A stretch of 64,000 nucleotides of DNA from an uncultured Alphaproteobacteria bacterium (GCA_937892955.1 CALBKH010000096.1:7621-71620); one strand, 5' to 3'; shown: positions 1 to 13,511, counted from the first letter of the stretch. Numbers and translations are program-made. The notes: generated from the sequence alone by a model not told the origin.

Positions 1-566
1 GCCGCGATCTCCGGGAAGCCGGTGTGGCCGGTGAAGCCGTAGAGCATCGACGCGCCGTAGAGCAGCATGCCCGAGGAGAGCGCGCCGAGGACGAAGTACT
101 TCAGGCCCGCTTCCGTCGACTTCAGATTGTCGCGATCGATCGAGGCGACGACGTAGAGGGCGAGCGACTGCAGCTCGAGGCCGAGATAGAGCGAGATCAG
201 GTCGTTGGCCGAGATCATCGCCATCATGCCGACGGTGGCGAGCACCACCAGTACCGGATACTCGAAGCGCCCCCACTTGTCGGTCGCCGCCGGTCGCGCC
301 GACAGCACGATCGCGGTGGCCGAACCGACCAGCGCCAGCACCTTCATGAAGGTGGAGAAGGGGTCGACGACAAAGGTGCCACCGAAGGCCGACGCCGAGG
401 TCGGTCCGACCAGCACCCACACCAACGCGACGACGAGGGCGAGCACGGCGCCCCAGGTCACCACGCCGACCGACTTCTCGCCGACGAAGACGCCGAGCAT
501 GAGAAGCGCCAGCGCGCCGATCGCGAGGAGGATCTCCGGCATCACCGGCATCAGATCGAGTGTCAT
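1..566 (-). CDS. nuoN: NADH-quinone oxidoreductase subunit N (N-terminal part; gene continues beyond window start)
   Basis: Absent from the ORF track because it runs off the window. My reverse-complement translation from the ATG at 564-566 reads [32 protein letters not shown]...[59 protein letters not shown], a typical NuoN/ND2 N-terminus. It follows nuoM in canonical order. Confidence 0.9.
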   Translation of the reverse strand, partial: MTLDLMPVMPEILLAIGALALLMLGVFVGEKSVGVVTWGAVLALVVALVWVLVGPTSASAFGGTFVVDPFSTFMKVLALVGSATAIVLSARPAATDKWGRFEYPVLVVLATVGMMAMISANDLISLYLGLELQSLALYVVASIDRDNLKSTEAGLKYFVLGALSSGMLLYGASMLYGFTGHTGFPEIA

Positions 567-668
567 GTCGGCCTCACAGCCCCTGTCGTCACATCCCCGC
601 GGGGTTCACCCGCCGCGGTTCGTCCATCTTCTGTCGTCGAGAGGGGGGGATCCCCCTCCCCTCGTCTC

Positions 669-2183
669 TCAGTTGGCGACCAGCGCCGCGACCTTGCCGG
701 CGGCGGCGATCGCCGCCTGCGTCTTGGTCACCAGCGCCTGCACCGAGGCTTCCGAAGCGTTCAGCACCGGCGCCGGATAGACACCGTAGAAGATCGTCAC
801 CAGGACCAGCGGCACGACGACGATGCGCTCGCGCCAGTCGAGGTCGAGGATGCCCTGGAGCGACGGCTTTTCGAGCTTGCCGTTCATCACCCGAGCCAGC
901 AGCCACAGCGCATAACCGGCCGACAGGATCACGCCGGACGCGGCGAACAGCGCCACCCAGGTGTTGGCGCGATAGGCGCCGAGCAGGGTGAGGAACTCGC
1001 CGACGAAGCCCGAGGTGCCCGGCAGGCCGACGTTGGCCATGGTGAACACCAGGAAGGCCACGGCGTACCACGGCATCCGGTTCACCAGACCGCCGTAGGC
1101 GGCGATGTCGCGGGTGTGCATGCGGTCGTAGATGACGCCGACCGAGAGGAACAGCGCGCCCGACACGAAGCCGTGGGAGATCATCTGGAAGATGGCGCCC
1201 TGGAGACCGGCGGCGTTGAGCGTGAAGATGCCCATGGTCACGTAGCCCATGTGGGCGACCGACGAATAGGCGATCAGCTTCTTGATGTCCTCCTGCGCCA
1301 GCGCCACCAGCGAGGTGTAGACGATCGCCACCACCGAGAGGGTGAAGATCATCGGCTGGAAGTACTCCGACGCCAGCGGGAACATCGGGATCGAGAAGCG
1401 CAGGAAGCCGTAGCCGCCCATCTTCAGGAGGATGCCCGCCAGGATCACCGAACCGGCCGTCGGCGCCTCGACGTGGGCGTCGGGCAGCCAGGTGTGGACC
1501 GGCCACATCGGCATCTTCACCGCGAAAGAGGCGAAGAAGGCGAGGAAGGCCCAGGTCTGCAGGGTGGCCGGGAAGTTGTGCTGCAAGAGCGTCGGGATGT
1601 CGGCGGTGCCGGCCTGGAAGTACATCGCCAGCATGGCGATGAGCATCAGCACCGAGCCGAGCAGGGTGTAGAGGAAGAACTTGAACGAGGCGTAGACGCG
1701 ACGCGGTCCACCCCACACGCCGATGATGATGAACATCGGAATGAGGCCGGCCTCGAAGAAGACGTAGAAGAGCATCAGATCGAGCGCGGTGAAGACGCCG
1801 ATCATCAGCGTCTCGAGCACCAGGAAGGCGATCATGTACTCCTTCACCCGGTTCTGCACGCTGTCCCAGGAGGCGAGGATGCAGAAGGGCATGAGGAAGG
1901 TGGTCAGGATCACGAAGGCGACGGAGATGCCGTCGACGCCCATGTGGTAGTTGAACAGACCACCGAGCCAGGTCGACTTCTCCACCATCTGGAAGCCCGG
2001 GTTCGAGGGATCGAACCGGCTCCAGATCAGGAGCGACACCAGGAAGGTCACCACCGTGGTGATCAGCGCGATCACCCGGATGTTGCGCTTCGCCACCTCG
2101 TCGTCGCCGCGCACCAGCGCGAGGAACAGCACGCCGACCAGCGGCAGGAACGTGACGATCGTGAGCAGTGAATTGCCCATCAC
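669..2183 (-). CDS. nuoM: NADH-quinone oxidoreductase subunit M
   Basis: 504-aa polytopic membrane ORF ([17 protein letters not shown]...[28 protein letters not shown]), an antiporter-like ND4 family signature. Its start overlaps the nuoL stop by 4 nt. Confidence 0.95.
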   Translation of the reverse strand: MMGNSLLTIVTFLPLVGVLFLALVRGDDEVAKRNIRVIALITTVVTFLVSLLIWSRFDPSNPGFQMVEKSTWLGGLFNYHMGVDGISVAFVILTTFLMPFCILASWDSVQNRVKEYMIAFLVLETLMIGVFTALDLMLFYVFFEAGLIPMFIIIGVWGGPRRVYASFKFFLYTLLGSVLMLIAMLAMYFQAGTADIPTLLQHNFPATLQTWAFLAFFASFAVKMPMWPVHTWLPDAHVEAPTAGSVILAGILLKMGGYGFLRFSIPMFPLASEYFQPMIFTLSVVAIVYTSLVALAQEDIKKLIAYSSVAHMGYVTMGIFTLNAAGLQGAIFQMISHGFVSGALFLSVGVIYDRMHTRDIAAYGGLVNRMPWYAVAFLVFTMANVGLPGTSGFVGEFLTLLGAYRANTWVALFAASGVILSAGYALWLLARVMNGKLEKPSLQGILDLDWRERIVVVPLVLVTIFYGVYPAPVLNASEASVQALVTKTQAAIAAAGKVAALVAN

Positions 2184-4273
2184 CGAACTCCCCCGAACAT
2201 CACATAGGTCACCAGCGCCGCGACACCGATCAGCATGGCGAAGGCGTAGTGGTAGACGTAGCCCGACTGCAGCGCGACGACGCGGTTCGTGACGTCGACG
2301 ACCCGCGCCGACACGCCGTCCGGCCCGAACCCGTCGATGACGCGCCCGTCACCCTCCTTCCACAGGAAGCGGCCGAGCTTCTTCGCCGGGTTCACGAACA
2401 GGAAGTCGTAGAGCTCGTCGAAGTACCACTTGTTGAGCAGGAAGCGATGCAGACCGGGCATCGTCTCCGCCAGCTTCTCCGGCACCGACGGCGCGGCGAC
2501 GTAGAACCAGTAGGCGACGATCAGACCGGTCAGCATCGCCACGAAGGGCGCGAACTTCACCCAGGTCGGCACATGGTGCATGTGCTCGAGCACGTGGTTG
2601 TTCGCGTCGGTGAACAGCGCGCCCTTCCAGAACTCGCCGTACTCGTGGCCGATGAACAGGCCGGTGAACACCATGCCGGCGAGCACCGCACCGGTGGCGA
2701 GCACCATCAGCGGCACCGTCATCACCGACGGGCTCTCGTGGACGTGCTCCATGACCTCCTTCGAAGCGCGCGGGGCGCCCCAGAAGGTCTTGAAGATCAG
2801 GCGCCAGGAGTAGAACGAGGTGAACAGCGCGGCGATCACCAGGAGCGCGAAGGCGAGACCGGCGACGGCGTTCCCGCCGACGAAGGCCGCTTCGATGATC
2901 GCGTCCTTGGAGTTGTAGCCGGCGAAGCCGAACGGCGTGCCGGGGATGCCGACGCCGGTCAGCGCCAGCGTGCCGACGATCATCATCGCGTAGGTGAGTT
3001 TGATGTGGCTCTTCAGCCCGCCCATGTTGCGGATGTCCTGCTCACCGGAGACCGCATGGATCACCGAGCCGGCACCGAGGAACAGGAGCGCCTTGAAGAA
3101 GGCGTGGGTGAAGAGGTGGAAGATACCCGCCCCGTAGGCACCGACGCCGAGGCCGACGAACATGTAGCCCAGCTGCGAGCAGGTCGAATAGGCGATGATG
3201 CGCTTGATGTCGTTCTGCACCAGACCGACGGTCGCGGCGAAGAAGGCGGTGAGCGCACCGACCAGGGTGACGACGGTGAGCGCCGTCGGCGACTGCTCGA
3301 ACAGCGGCGACAGGCGCGCCACCATGAAGACGCCGGCGGTGACCATGGTCGCGGCGTGGATCAGGGCGGAGACCGGCGTCGGGCCCTCCATCGCGTCCGG
3401 CAACCAGGTGTGCAGCAGGAACTGCGCCGACTTGCCCATCGCACCGAGGAACAGGAGCAGGCACAGCGTCGTCATCGCGTCGACGTGCCAGCCGAGGAAG
3501 ACGATCTCCTTGCCCTTCATCGAGCCGGCCGACGCGAAGATCGTGTCGTAGTCGATGGTGCCGAACAGCCAGAACACGCCGAAGATGCCGAGGATGAAGC
3601 CGAAGTCGCCGACGCGGTTGACGACGAAGGCCTTGATCGCGGCGGCGTTGGCCGAGGGCTTCTGGAACCAGAAGCCGATCAAGAGGTAGGAGGCGAGACC
3701 GACGCCTTCCCAGCCGAAGAACATCTGCACCAGATTGTCGGAGGTCACCAGCATCAGCATGGCGAAGGTGAACAGCGACAGATAGGCGAAGAAGCGCGGC
3801 CGGTCGGGATCGTGGCTCATGTAGCCGATCGAATAGACGTGGACGAGCGCCGAGACGGTGTTGACCACCACCAGCATGACCGCGGTCAGCGTGTCGACGC
3901 GGATCGACCAGTCGACCGACAGGCCGGCGGTGTGGATCCACGGCAGGAGCGGCACCTTGAAGGCGCCGTGATGATCGCCGAGACCGACTTGGACGAAGGC
4001 GACCCAGGAGAGGAGCGCGGCGACGATCAGAAAGCCGGAGGTGACGAGTTCGGCGGGACGCGCCAGCGCCTTCGCCTCGTGGTGCTCGTGACCATGGCCA
4101 TGGCCATGGCCGTGGTCGTCGTCGTGGCCGTGAGCATCGTGCCCATGCGCGCCGTGGCCCAGGTTGGCCGCGCCCATCGGGGCGGCGCCGTAGGGCAGCA
4201 GCGTCATGGCGCCTGCGATCAGGAAGCCGAGGAGCGGGAGAAAGACGATCGCCGTGAACATGAGACCGCTCAC
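2180..4273 (-). CDS. nuoL: NADH-quinone oxidoreductase subunit L, with His-rich insertion after TM1
   Basis: 697-aa ORF with ND5/NuoL motifs ([49 protein letters not shown]). Sits between nuoK and nuoM. Confidence 0.95.
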   Translation of the reverse strand: MSGLMFTAIVFLPLLGFLIAGAMTLLPYGAAPMGAANLGHGAHGHDAHGHDDDHGHGHGHGHEHHEAKALARPAELVTSGFLIVAALLSWVAFVQVGLGDHHGAFKVPLLPWIHTAGLSVDWSIRVDTLTAVMLVVVNTVSALVHVYSIGYMSHDPDRPRFFAYLSLFTFAMLMLVTSDNLVQMFFGWEGVGLASYLLIGFWFQKPSANAAAIKAFVVNRVGDFGFILGIFGVFWLFGTIDYDTIFASAGSMKGKEIVFLGWHVDAMTTLCLLLFLGAMGKSAQFLLHTWLPDAMEGPTPVSALIHAATMVTAGVFMVARLSPLFEQSPTALTVVTLVGALTAFFAATVGLVQNDIKRIIAYSTCSQLGYMFVGLGVGAYGAGIFHLFTHAFFKALLFLGAGSVIHAVSGEQDIRNMGGLKSHIKLTYAMMIVGTLALTGVGIPGTPFGFAGYNSKDAIIEAAFVGGNAVAGLAFALLVIAALFTSFYSWRLIFKTFWGAPRASKEVMEHVHESPSVMTVPLMVLATGAVLAGMVFTGLFIGHEYGEFWKGALFTDANNHVLEHMHHVPTWVKFAPFVAMLTGLIVAYWFYVAAPSVPEKLAETMPGLHRFLLNKWYFDELYDFLFVNPAKKLGRFLWKEGDGRVIDGFGPDGVSARVVDVTNRVVALQSGYVYHYAFAMLIGVAALVTYVMFGGVR

Positions 4274-4578
4274 CCCTTCATGACGTTGACGTCTTCCACC
4301 GCGATCGAGCCGCGGTTGCGGAAGAAGACCACCAGGATCGCCAGACCGATCGCCGCTTCGGCGGCCGCGACGGTCAGGATCAGCATGGCGAAGATCTGGC
4401 CGACGAGGTCACCCAGCGCGGCGGAGAAGGCGACGAAGTTGATGTTGACGGCGAGAAGGATCAGCTCGACCGACATGAGGATGACGATGACGTTCTTCCT
4501 GTTGAGGAAGATGCCGAACACCCCCAGCGTGAACAGGATCGCGGCCACCGAGAGGTAGTGCGACAAGCCGATTTCCAT
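4270..4578 (-). CDS. nuoK: NADH-quinone oxidoreductase subunit K
   Basis: 102-aa, 3-TM ORF ([45 protein letters not shown]), the ND4L signature. 4-nt overlap with the nuoL start. Confidence 0.95.
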   Translation of the reverse strand: MEIGLSHYLSVAAILFTLGVFGIFLNRKNVIVILMSVELILLAVNINFVAFSAALGDLVGQIFAMLILTVAAAEAAIGLAILVVFFRNRGSIAVEDVNVMKG

Positions 4579-4696
4579 GACTTCCCCCGTCTTGCCCGAG
4601 GAGCCCGGTTCACCCGGATCTCACCTCGACCGACCCCCGCGCGCGACCCTCTCGCCCGCGGACCGAGCACCCGGCCGGTCGCCCGGCCGGCACTCC

Positions 4697-5305
4697 TCAC
4701 ATTCCCTTGCCCGTTTCCACGTGGACGATCTCGATGGCGGTCGCGGGACCGCGCGCCACCTGCTCGGAGATGTCCTGCCGCTTGACGAAGGGCTTGTGGC
4801 GCAGCGTCAGCACGATCGCGCCGATCATCGCCACCAGGAGGACGAGACCCGCCCCCTGGAAGAAATAGACGTACTTGGTGTAGAGCACCTCGCCGATCGC
4901 CTGGACGTTGCCGGAACCGGCGGCGTAGGGCACCGCACCCTTGCCGACCAGACCCGGGTCGATCGCCCAGCCGCCGACCACCATCAGGAGCTCGGCGAGG
5001 AGCACCAGACCGATCACCGAGCCGATCGGCAGATACTGCAGGAACCCCTCGCGCAGTTCGGTGAAGTCGACGTCGAGCATCATCACGACGAAGAGGAACA
5101 GCACCGCCACCGCGCCGACGTAGACGACCACCAGCAGCATCGCCAGGAACTCGGCGCCCATCAGCACGAAGAGCCCCGCCGCATTGAAGAAGGCTAGGAT
5201 CAGGAACAGCACCGAATGGACCGGGTTGCGCGCCGAGATGACCATGAAGGCCGACCCGACGGTCATCGCCGCGAAGAGGTAGAAGAAGAGGGCTTTCAGG
5301 ATCAT
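4697..5305 (-). CDS. nuoJ: NADH-quinone oxidoreductase subunit J
   Basis: 202-aa membrane ORF ([56 protein letters not shown]), ND6-like, at the canonical operon position. Confidence 0.9.
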   Translation of the reverse strand: MILKALFFYLFAAMTVGSAFMVISARNPVHSVLFLILAFFNAAGLFVLMGAEFLAMLLVVVYVGAVAVLFLFVVMMLDVDFTELREGFLQYLPIGSVIGLVLLAELLMVVGGWAIDPGLVGKGAVPYAAGSGNVQAIGEVLYTKYVYFFQGAGLVLLVAMIGAIVLTLRHKPFVKRQDISEQVARGPATAIEIVHVETGKGM

Positions 5306-5350
5306 CGGTCATCCCCGACGGCCATGGGCGGCATCCCGCCCGGCCGCATC

Positions 5351-5839
5351 TCAGCGGTAGGGCGCATCCATTTCGATGTTGCGAGCGATCTCGCGCTCCC
5401 AGCGCTCGCCGTTGGCGAGCAGCTTGGCCTTGTCGTAGTAGAGTTCCTCGCGCGTCTCTGTGGCGAACTCGAAGTTCGGCCCCTCGACGATGGCGTCGAC
5501 CGGACAGGCCTCCTGGCAGAAGCCGCAGTAGATGCACTTCACCATGTCGATGTCGTAGCGCGTGGTGCGCCGCGTCTGGTCGTTGCCGCGCGGCGCCGCC
5601 TCGATGACGATCGCCTGGGCCGGACAGATGGCTTCGCACAGCTTGCAGGCGATGCAGCGCTCTTCGCCGTTGGGATAACGGCGCAGCGCATGCTCACCGC
5701 GGAACCGCGGCGAGACCGCACCCTTTTCGAAGGGGTAGTTCAAGGTCGCCTTGGGCGCGAAGAAGTAGCGCATCGACAGGAAGAACGCCGATACGAACTC
5801 CTTCAGGAACAAGGACTTCGCTGCCCGATCGAGTCTCAT
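5351..5839 (-). CDS. nuoI: NADH-quinone oxidoreductase subunit I (2x[4Fe-4S] ferredoxin-type)
   Basis: Track ORF 5351..5923 trimmed to the internal ATG at 5839 ([15 protein letters not shown]...). Two CxxCxxCxxxCP motifs ([24 protein letters not shown]). Confidence 0.9.
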   Translation of the reverse strand: MRLDRAAKSLFLKEFVSAFFLSMRYFFAPKATLNYPFEKGAVSPRFRGEHALRRYPNGEERCIACKLCEAICPAQAIVIEAAPRGNDQTRRTTRYDIDMVKCIYCGFCQEACPVDAIVEGPNFEFATETREELYYDKAKLLANGERWEREIARNIEMDAPYR

Positions 5840-5895
5840 CTTCCACCCGCTTCCTCTCCCCGGTCGCCCGGGGTTCGTCAGGTTCACTGCCGCGA

Positions 5896-6129
5896 TCAAC
5901 CGCCCATGGTGGCGCCGAACCAATACCCGAGGCCGGCGAAGACCAGTGCGTTGACCACGAAGGCCACTTTCAGGACCGTCTCGAGGGTCTCCGCGCGGCG
6001 GATCACCCCGGTCGAGCCGGTCCCCTTCTCGAAGGCCCGCCGCAACAGCATCGCGACGAAGCCGAAATCGATCACCCCGATCATCAGCCCGACGAGGGCT
6101 CCGATCAGACCGGCGAGAGACAGTTCCAT
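5896..6129 (-). CDS. small 2-TM membrane protein inserted between nuoH and nuoI (unknown function)
   Basis: 77-aa [31 protein letters not shown]...[20 protein letters not shown]. It fills the nuoH-nuoI gap exactly, has high GC3 and a GGGAGGGA Shine-Dalgarno just upstream of the ATG. Confidence 0.55.
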   Translation of the reverse strand: MELSLAGLIGALVGLMIGVIDFGFVAMLLRRAFEKGTGSTGVIRRAETLETVLKVAFVVNALVFAGLGYWFGATMGG

Positions 6130-6157
6130 GCCGTCCCTCCCCTTCCCTGCGGCAGGC

Positions 6158-7210
6158 TCAGGGCGCCCAGCCCATCACCTGCAGAACAGCCGCGACGATC
6201 ACCACCATGCCCAGCGACAGCGGCAGGAAGACCTTCCACCCGAGACGCATCAGCTGGTCGTAGCGGTAGCGCGGCACGATCGCCTTCGCCATGGCGAACA
6301 TGAAGAAGACGAGCAGCGACTTCAGCGTGAACCAGACGATGCCCGGCACCCAGGTGAAGGGTGCGAAGTCGAACGGCGGCAGCCATCCGCCCATGAACAG
6401 AATCGTCGTCATGGCGCACTGGACCGTGATCGCCACGTACTCCGACAGCATGAACACCATGTAGGGCGTGGAGCCGTACTCGACCATGAAGCCGGCCACG
6501 AGTTCGGATTCCGCTTCCGCCAGATCGAACGGCGGGCGGTTCGTCTCGGCCAGCGCCGAGATGAAGAAGATCACGAACATCGGGAACAGTGGCAGCCAGT
6601 ACCAGTTCAGGAACGACGCCCAGGGAATGCCGAGCATGTGGGCGAGGCCGTGGTCCTGCTGGTAGCGCACGATCTCGGAGAGATTGAGCGTACCGACGCA
6701 GAGCAGCACGGTGATGATCACGAAGCCGATGGAGACCTCGTAGCTGACCATCTGCGCCGCCGAGCGCAACGCCGACAGGAACGGATACTTCGAGTTCGAC
6801 GCCCAGCCGCCCATGATCGTGCCGTACACGCCGAGCGACGAGATCGCCATGATGTAGAGGATGCCGACGTTGATGTTCGACACCACCCAACCGTCGGCCA
6901 CCGGGATCACCGCCCAGGCGCCGAGCGCCACCGTCGCCGAGACGAGCGGCGCCAGCAGGAAGATGCCCTTGTTGGCCGAAGCCGGGATCGTCGGCTCCTT
7001 GAGCACGAACTTGATCATGTCGGCGAAGGACTGGAACAGTCCCCACGGGCCGACGATGTTGGGACCGCGCCGCATCTGCACCGCCGCCCAGATCTTGCGG
7101 TCGGCGTAGAGGATGTAGGCGATGAGCACCAGGAGAACGACCATCAGCAGCAGCGACTGCGCCGCGATGATGATGAGAGGCCAGAGATAGTCGGCCCAGA
7201 ACGACGCCAT
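6158..7210 (-). CDS. nuoH: NADH-quinone oxidoreductase subunit H
   Basis: Track ORF 6158..7291 trimmed to the ATG at 7210 ([22 protein letters not shown]...[34 protein letters not shown]), the ND1 signature. This start lies 14 nt after the nuoG stop. Confidence 0.9.
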   Translation of the reverse strand: MASFWADYLWPLIIIAAQSLLLMVVLLVLIAYILYADRKIWAAVQMRRGPNIVGPWGLFQSFADMIKFVLKEPTIPASANKGIFLLAPLVSATVALGAWAVIPVADGWVVSNINVGILYIMAISSLGVYGTIMGGWASNSKYPFLSALRSAAQMVSYEVSIGFVIITVLLCVGTLNLSEIVRYQQDHGLAHMLGIPWASFLNWYWLPLFPMFVIFFISALAETNRPPFDLAEAESELVAGFMVEYGSTPYMVFMLSEYVAITVQCAMTTILFMGGWLPPFDFAPFTWVPGIVWFTLKSLLVFFMFAMAKAIVPRYRYDQLMRLGWKVFLPLSLGMVVIVAAVLQVMGWAP

Positions 7211-7223
7211 CACGCTCTCCCCC

Positions 7224-9323
7224 TCATTCCGCCGCCGCCGCGACGCGAGCCGCGGCGAGCTTCGAGCATTCGGCCATGATCGCCGAGGCACGCGCGATCG
7301 GGTTGGTCAGATAGAAGTCGGTCACCGGCGAGACGAAGTCGGCCCCGGCGAGCGCGCCACCGGCGCCGGCCGCGAGCTTCGCGACGTCTTCATGGTGGCC
7401 TGCCGCGATTTCGTCGACCCCGGCATAGGTCGGATGCGCCGCTTCGAGCGCTGCGCGCAGCTGCGCCAGACTGTCGAAGGGCAGCGTCTTGCCGACGAGC
7501 GCCGAGAGCGCCCTGAAGATCGCCCAGTCTTCGCGCGCGTCGCCGACCGGGAAGGCCGCACGGGCGCCGACCTGAACGCGACCCTCGGTGTTGACCCAGG
7601 TGCCGGACTTCTCGGTGTAGGCCGCACCGGCCAAGATGACGTCCGCGCGATGCGCGCCGGCGTCGCCGTGGGTGCCGAGATAGACGACGAAGGTCGAGCC
7701 GAGCTTCGAGGTGTCGATCTCGTCGGCGCCGACCAGGATCAGCGTCTCGATCGCGCCCGAGGCGCAGCCGGCGAGGATGTCCCTGGTCGAAAGACCGCCC
7801 TCACCCGGCACCACACCGAGATCGAGCGCGGCGACGCGGCTCGCGGCGGTGTGCAGGATCGAGAAGCCGTTCCACTCGGCCGTGGCCGCACCGACGTCGA
7901 CGGCGAGCTTGGCCAGCGCCGCGATCACGGCCGGGCCGTCGTCGCGGGCGGTGACGGCGTTGCCGACGAGGATCAGCGGCTTCGAAGCGCCCTTCAGCAC
8001 CTCGAGGAAGCCGTTGTTGCCGGAGGCGAGGTTCGCCACCGCGTTCGGGCCCTCACCGAGGAAATTGTAGGCGTAGTTGAGATCGGCCTCTTCGCCGATG
8101 ACGCCGATCGTGCAACCGCCCCTGCGCCAGCGCTTGCGGATGCGGGCGTTGAGCACCGGCGCCTCGAGCCGCGGGTTGGAACCCACGATCAGGATGGCGT
8201 CGGCGGCTTCGATGCCGGCGATGGTGGCGTTGAAGAGGTAGGATCCGCGGCCGGCCGCACCGTCGAGGCACGAGCCGTCGGCGCGGCCGTCGAGGTTGGC
8301 GATGCCGAGGGCGTCGGCCAGGGACTTCACCGCGAAGAGCTCTTCGGCAGAGGCGAAGTCGCCGACGACGATGCCGACCTTCTTCGGATCCGTGCCCTTC
8401 AGCTTCTCGGCGACGACGCCGAGGGCGTGCGGCCATGTCGAAGCGGTGAGCTTGCCGCCGACGCGGACGTAGGGCCGATCGAGACGCTGGGTCTTGAGGC
8501 CGTCGACGACGTGGCGGGTCTTGTCGGAGATCCACTCCTCGTTCACGTCCTCGTTGAGGCGCGGCAGGATGCGGACCACTTCGCGGCCCTTGACGTCGAC
8601 GCGGATGTTGCAGCCGACGGCGTCCATGACGTCGATCGACTCGGTCTTGGTCAGCTCCCACGGACGGGCGGTGAACTCGTAGGGGCGCGAGGTCAACGCG
8701 CCGACCGGGCAGAGGTCGACGACGTTGCCCTGCAGCTCGGAGGCCATGGCGGCGCCGAGATAGGTGGTGATCTCGACGTCCTCGCCGCGCGAGATGAGGC
8801 CGAGATCGCCGGCGCCGGCGACTTCCGCGGTGAAGCGGACACAGCGCGTGCACTGGATGCAGCGCGTCATCACCGTCTTGACCAGCGGGCCGATGTACTT
8901 GTCCTCGACGGCGCGCTTGTTCTCGTGGAACCGGCCGGCGTCGATGCCGTAGGCCATCGCCTGATCCTGGAGATCGCACTCGCCGCCCTGATCGCAGATC
9001 GGGCAGTCGAGCGGATGGTTGATCAGCAGGAACTCCATCACGCCTTCGCGGGCGCGCTTGACCATCGGCGTGTTGGTGTAGACCTCCGGCGGCTCGCCGT
9101 TCGGGCCCGGGCGCAGGTCCTTGACCGACATGGCGCAGGAGGCCTGCGGCTTCGGCGGACCGCCCTTCACCTCGACCAGACACATGCGGCAATTGCCGGC
9201 GACCGACAGGCGCTCGTGGAAGCAGAAGCGCGGCACTTCCGCGCCGGCCGCTTCACAGGCCTGCAGCAGCGTCGCTTCCGCTGCGACGTCGATCTCGTTG
9301 CCGTCGATCTTGATCTTGGCCAT
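7224..9323 (-). CDS. nuoG: NADH-quinone oxidoreductase subunit G (75-kDa Fe-S subunit)
   Basis: 699-aa [55 protein letters not shown]... with 2Fe-2S and 4Fe-4S Cys motifs ([28 protein letters not shown]). Confidence 0.95.
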   Translation of the reverse strand: MAKIKIDGNEIDVAAEATLLQACEAAGAEVPRFCFHERLSVAGNCRMCLVEVKGGPPKPQASCAMSVKDLRPGPNGEPPEVYTNTPMVKRAREGVMEFLLINHPLDCPICDQGGECDLQDQAMAYGIDAGRFHENKRAVEDKYIGPLVKTVMTRCIQCTRCVRFTAEVAGAGDLGLISRGEDVEITTYLGAAMASELQGNVVDLCPVGALTSRPYEFTARPWELTKTESIDVMDAVGCNIRVDVKGREVVRILPRLNEDVNEEWISDKTRHVVDGLKTQRLDRPYVRVGGKLTASTWPHALGVVAEKLKGTDPKKVGIVVGDFASAEELFAVKSLADALGIANLDGRADGSCLDGAAGRGSYLFNATIAGIEAADAILIVGSNPRLEAPVLNARIRKRWRRGGCTIGVIGEEADLNYAYNFLGEGPNAVANLASGNNGFLEVLKGASKPLILVGNAVTARDDGPAVIAALAKLAVDVGAATAEWNGFSILHTAASRVAALDLGVVPGEGGLSTRDILAGCASGAIETLILVGADEIDTSKLGSTFVVYLGTHGDAGAHRADVILAGAAYTEKSGTWVNTEGRVQVGARAAFPVGDAREDWAIFRALSALVGKTLPFDSLAQLRAALEAAHPTYAGVDEIAAGHHEDVAKLAAGAGGALAGADFVSPVTDFYLTNPIARASAIMAECSKLAAARVAAAAE

Positions 9324-9332
9324 GCCCGTTCC

Positions 9333-10616
<1,284 letters not shown>

Positions 10617-10699
10617 CGGTCTCTTCCCAGTCGCCTCTCGAACACCACCCGACGTCGCCGCCGGATCGTTCCGCCGTCCGTCGCCGGACGGCGTCCTCG

Positions 10700-11353
10700 T
10701 CACTTGCCCTGCGTCACGATGTTGACGCGGTACGAACCGTCGTAGAGCCCCGGATCGGTCAGCGACGTCTGGCCGCCCTCGGCCATGGCGCCGTTGCGGC
10801 CGTTCTGCGGGCCGGGTGCAGGCGTCTCGCCGCGCTCGAAGGCATCGAGCACCGCGTTGAACGTGTCGATCGTCAGGTCCTCGTAAGTGTCGCTGGCCAC
10901 CGCCACCATCGGGGCGTTGACGCAGGCACCCAGGCACTCGACCTCTTCCCACGAGAACCTGCCGTCGGCGGAGAGCTCGTGGGCGTGATGGGCGATGCGG
11001 GTCTTGCAGACCTCGATGATGCCGTCGGAGCCGCGCAGCATGCAGGGCGTCGTACCGCACACCTGGATGTGCGCGACCGACCCCACCGGCGCCAGCTGGA
11101 ACTGAGTGTAGAAGGTCGCCACCTCCAGCACCCGGATGTGCTTCATGCCGAGCCGGTCGGCGATCGTCTCGATCGCCGCCTTGGAGACCCAACCCTCCTG
11201 CTCCTGCGCCCGCATCAGGAACGGGATCACGGCGGAGGCCTGCTTGCCGGCCGGAAACTTGGCGATGACCGTCGCGGCCCAGGCCTCGTTCTCGGGGCTG
11301 AAGGCGAAGGAGGCCGGTTGGACCTCGGTGGCGGCGAGCCTGCGGACGCTCAT
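10700..11353 (-). CDS. nuoE: NADH-quinone oxidoreductase subunit E (24-kDa 2Fe-2S subunit)
   Basis: 217-aa ORF with [14 protein letters not shown] and [11 protein letters not shown], the NuoE thioredoxin-like 2Fe-2S motifs. Confidence 0.9.
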   Translation of the reverse strand: MSVRRLAATEVQPASFAFSPENEAWAATVIAKFPAGKQASAVIPFLMRAQEQEGWVSKAAIETIADRLGMKHIRVLEVATFYTQFQLAPVGSVAHIQVCGTTPCMLRGSDGIIEVCKTRIAHHAHELSADGRFSWEEVECLGACVNAPMVAVASDTYEDLTIDTFNAVLDAFERGETPAPGPQNGRNGAMAEGGQTSLTDPGLYDGSYRVNIVTQGK

Positions 11354-11425
11354 GAAATCCTCGGACGGTCGATCGTACGTGTATTCGTTCGACGGGGTTC
11401 TTCACTCCGCCGGTTCATTCCGGCC

Positions 11426-12619
11426 TCACCGGTCGACGTCGCCGAAGACGATGTCGAGCGATCCCAGGATCGCCGCCACGTCGGCGAGCATGTGACCGCG
11501 GTTGAGGAAGTCCATCGCCTGGAGATGCGCGAAGCCGGGCGCCCGGATCTTGCAGCGATAGGGCTTGTTGGAGCCGTCGGAGACGAGATAGACGCCGAAT
11601 TCGCCCTTCGGCGCCTCGACGGCGGCATAGATCTCGCCTTCCGGAACATGGAAGCCTTCGGTGAAGAGCTTGAAGTGGTGGATCAGCGCTTCCATCGAGC
11701 GCTTCATGTCGCCGCGCTTGGGCGGCACCACCTTGTGCGTCTCGGCCGACACCGGCCCGACGCGCTCCTTGCCGAGCAGCCGCTCGACGCACTGCTTCAT
11801 GATGCGGTTCGACTGGCGCATCTCGAACATGCGGATGAGATAGCGGTCGTAGCAGTCGCCGTTCTTGCCGATGGCGATGTCGAAATCCATCTCGTCGTAG
11901 CACTCGTAGGGCTGCGACTTGCGCAGGTCCCACTTGGCGCCCGAGCCGCGCAGCATGACGCCGGTGAAGCCCCAGTTGAGCGCGTCCTCGAGACTGACGA
12001 CGCCGATGTCGACGTTGCGCTGCTTGAAGATGCGGTTCTCGGTCAGGAGGCCTTCGAGATCGTCGACCACCTTGTCGAAGTTGTCGCAGAACTTGCCGAT
12101 GTCCTCGACCAGCTTCTCCGGCAGGTCCTGGTGGACGCCGCCGACGCGGAAGTAGTTGGCGTGCATACGAGCGCCGGAGGCGCGCTCGTAGAAGATCATC
12201 AGCTTCTCGCGCTCCTCGTAGCCCCACAGCGGCGGGGTCAGCGCGCCGACGTCGAGCGCCTGAGAGGTGACGTTGAGAAGATGGGAGAGAAGACGGCCGA
12301 TCTCGCAGTAGAGCACGCGGACGAGCTGACCGCGCTTCGGCACGGTGAGGCCGATGAGCCGCTCGGCGGCGAGCACGAAGGCGTGCTCCTGGTTCATCGG
12401 GGCGCAGTAGTCGAGCCGGTCGAAATACGGGGTGGCCTGGGCGTAGGTCTTGTTCTCGATCAGCTTCTCGGTGCCGCGGTGAAGCAGACCGATGTGCGGG
12501 TCGGCGCGGGTGACGACTTCGCCGTCGAGCTCCAGCACCAGACGCAGCACGCCGTGCGCGGACGGGTGCTGCGGCCCGAAGTTGATGTTGAAGTTGCGTA
12601 CCGTCGCTTCGGCGCCCAT
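11426..12619 (-). CDS. nuoD: NADH-quinone oxidoreductase subunit D (49-kDa)
   Basis: 397-aa [39 protein letters not shown]...DIVFGDVDR, the canonical NuoD N- and C-termini. Confidence 0.95.
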   Translation of the reverse strand: MGAEATVRNFNINFGPQHPSAHGVLRLVLELDGEVVTRADPHIGLLHRGTEKLIENKTYAQATPYFDRLDYCAPMNQEHAFVLAAERLIGLTVPKRGQLVRVLYCEIGRLLSHLLNVTSQALDVGALTPPLWGYEEREKLMIFYERASGARMHANYFRVGGVHQDLPEKLVEDIGKFCDNFDKVVDDLEGLLTENRIFKQRNVDIGVVSLEDALNWGFTGVMLRGSGAKWDLRKSQPYECYDEMDFDIAIGKNGDCYDRYLIRMFEMRQSNRIMKQCVERLLGKERVGPVSAETHKVVPPKRGDMKRSMEALIHHFKLFTEGFHVPEGEIYAAVEAPKGEFGVYLVSDGSNKPYRCKIRAPGFAHLQAMDFLNRGHMLADVAAILGSLDIVFGDVDR

Positions 12620-12653
12620 CGCGCGGTCCCTCGATCCATCGTGGTTCTCCCGG

Positions 12654-12851
12654 TCAGGGGAGAATTCCGAACCTGGCGATCAGCCACCCGATCACCGATC
12701 CGGTCACCACCAGCGCCAACCAGCGCCAGTTGCGACCCCATGTTCGCTCCCAGACCGTGGAGCCCACCTGCATCGCGGTGGTCACGATCGGGATCAGGAG
12801 AACGACGAACAGCAGAAGCAGGACGATCGGTCCGATGCTCGGCTGTGTCAT
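12654..12851 (-). CDS. small 2-TM membrane protein inserted between nuoC and nuoD (unknown function)
   Basis: 65-aa [30 protein letters not shown]...[22 protein letters not shown]. It fills the nuoC-nuoD gap, has mostly G/C third positions and a GGAGGGGGA Shine-Dalgarno directly upstream. Confidence 0.55.
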   Translation of the reverse strand: MTQPSIGPIVLLLLFVVLLIPIVTTAMQVGSTVWERTWGRNWRWLALVVTGSVIGWLIARFGILP

Positions 12852-12867
12852 TCCCCCTCCCCTGCCG

Positions 12868-13467
12868 CTATCCGGCCTTCTCGTCGCCGGGCAGGACGTA
12901 GTCGGGTCCTTCCCAGGGGCTGAGGAAGTCGAAGTTGCGGTATTCCTGCGTGAGCTTCACCGGCTCGTAGACCACCCGCTTCTCGGTCTCGTCGTAGCGA
13001 ACCTCGACGTAGCCCGACATCGGGAAGTCCTTGCGCAGCGGATGACCGTCGAAGCCGTAGTCCGTGAGGATGCGACGCAGGTCGTGGTGCCCGGTGAAGA
13101 GGATGCCGTAGAGGTCGTAGGTCTCGCGCTCGAACCAGTCGGCACCCTGGAAGAGGGCCGTCGCCGAGGGAACCGGGGTCACTTCGTCGGTCTCGAGCTT
13201 GATGCGGACGCGGGTGTTCTTCGTCGGCGACAACAGGTGATAGACGACGTCGAAGCGCTTCTCGCGCGCCGGCCGGTCGACCCCGCAGATGTCGGTGAAG
13301 GCGACGAACTTCAGGTCCGGATCGTCGCGGAGCGTCTTCAGCACGTCGAGGACGGTCTCCGGCGTCGCCTGAAGCACCACCATGTCGACGCCGACCGACC
13401 AGCCGGCGATCCTGTCGCCGAGCTTGGCCGCGATGGTCTCGCCGAGAGACTTGAGCGATTGAGCCAT
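12868..13467 (-). CDS. nuoC: NADH-quinone oxidoreductase subunit C (30-kDa)
   Basis: Track ORF 12868..13902 trimmed to the ATG at 13467 ([23 protein letters not shown]...[41 protein letters not shown]). Confidence 0.9.
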   Translation of the reverse strand: MAQSLKSLGETIAAKLGDRIAGWSVGVDMVVLQATPETVLDVLKTLRDDPDLKFVAFTDICGVDRPAREKRFDVVYHLLSPTKNTRVRIKLETDEVTPVPSATALFQGADWFERETYDLYGILFTGHHDLRRILTDYGFDGHPLRKDFPMSGYVEVRYDETEKRVVYEPVKLTQEYRNFDFLSPWEGPDYVLPGDEKAG

Positions 13468-13511
13468 GCTTCCTCGACCTTTCCGGCGCCTCGCGGCACC
13501 GCCACGAGACT

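Noticed and set aside
643-658. GC palindrome (GGGGGGGATCCCCCTC) in the 100-bp nuoM-nuoN spacer
   Set aside because: It is short and has no loop unless the central GATC opens. It could be an mRNA-stability hairpin, but the evidence is too weak to list as a feature.
24-2171. 715-aa plus-strand ORF, together with similar giant ORFs at 2168..4558 (+), 7392..10745 (+), 16308..18983 (-), 41338..45057 (-), 54505..58188 (+) and 58958..62074 (-)
   Set aside because: All lie antisense to, or out of frame with, genes that have unmistakable family signatures (nuo genes, moeA, MCP/opgG, gyrA, uvrA). Their products are Arg/Gly/Asp/His/Glu-rich low-complexity strings. Such stop-free shadow ORFs are expected at about 70% GC.
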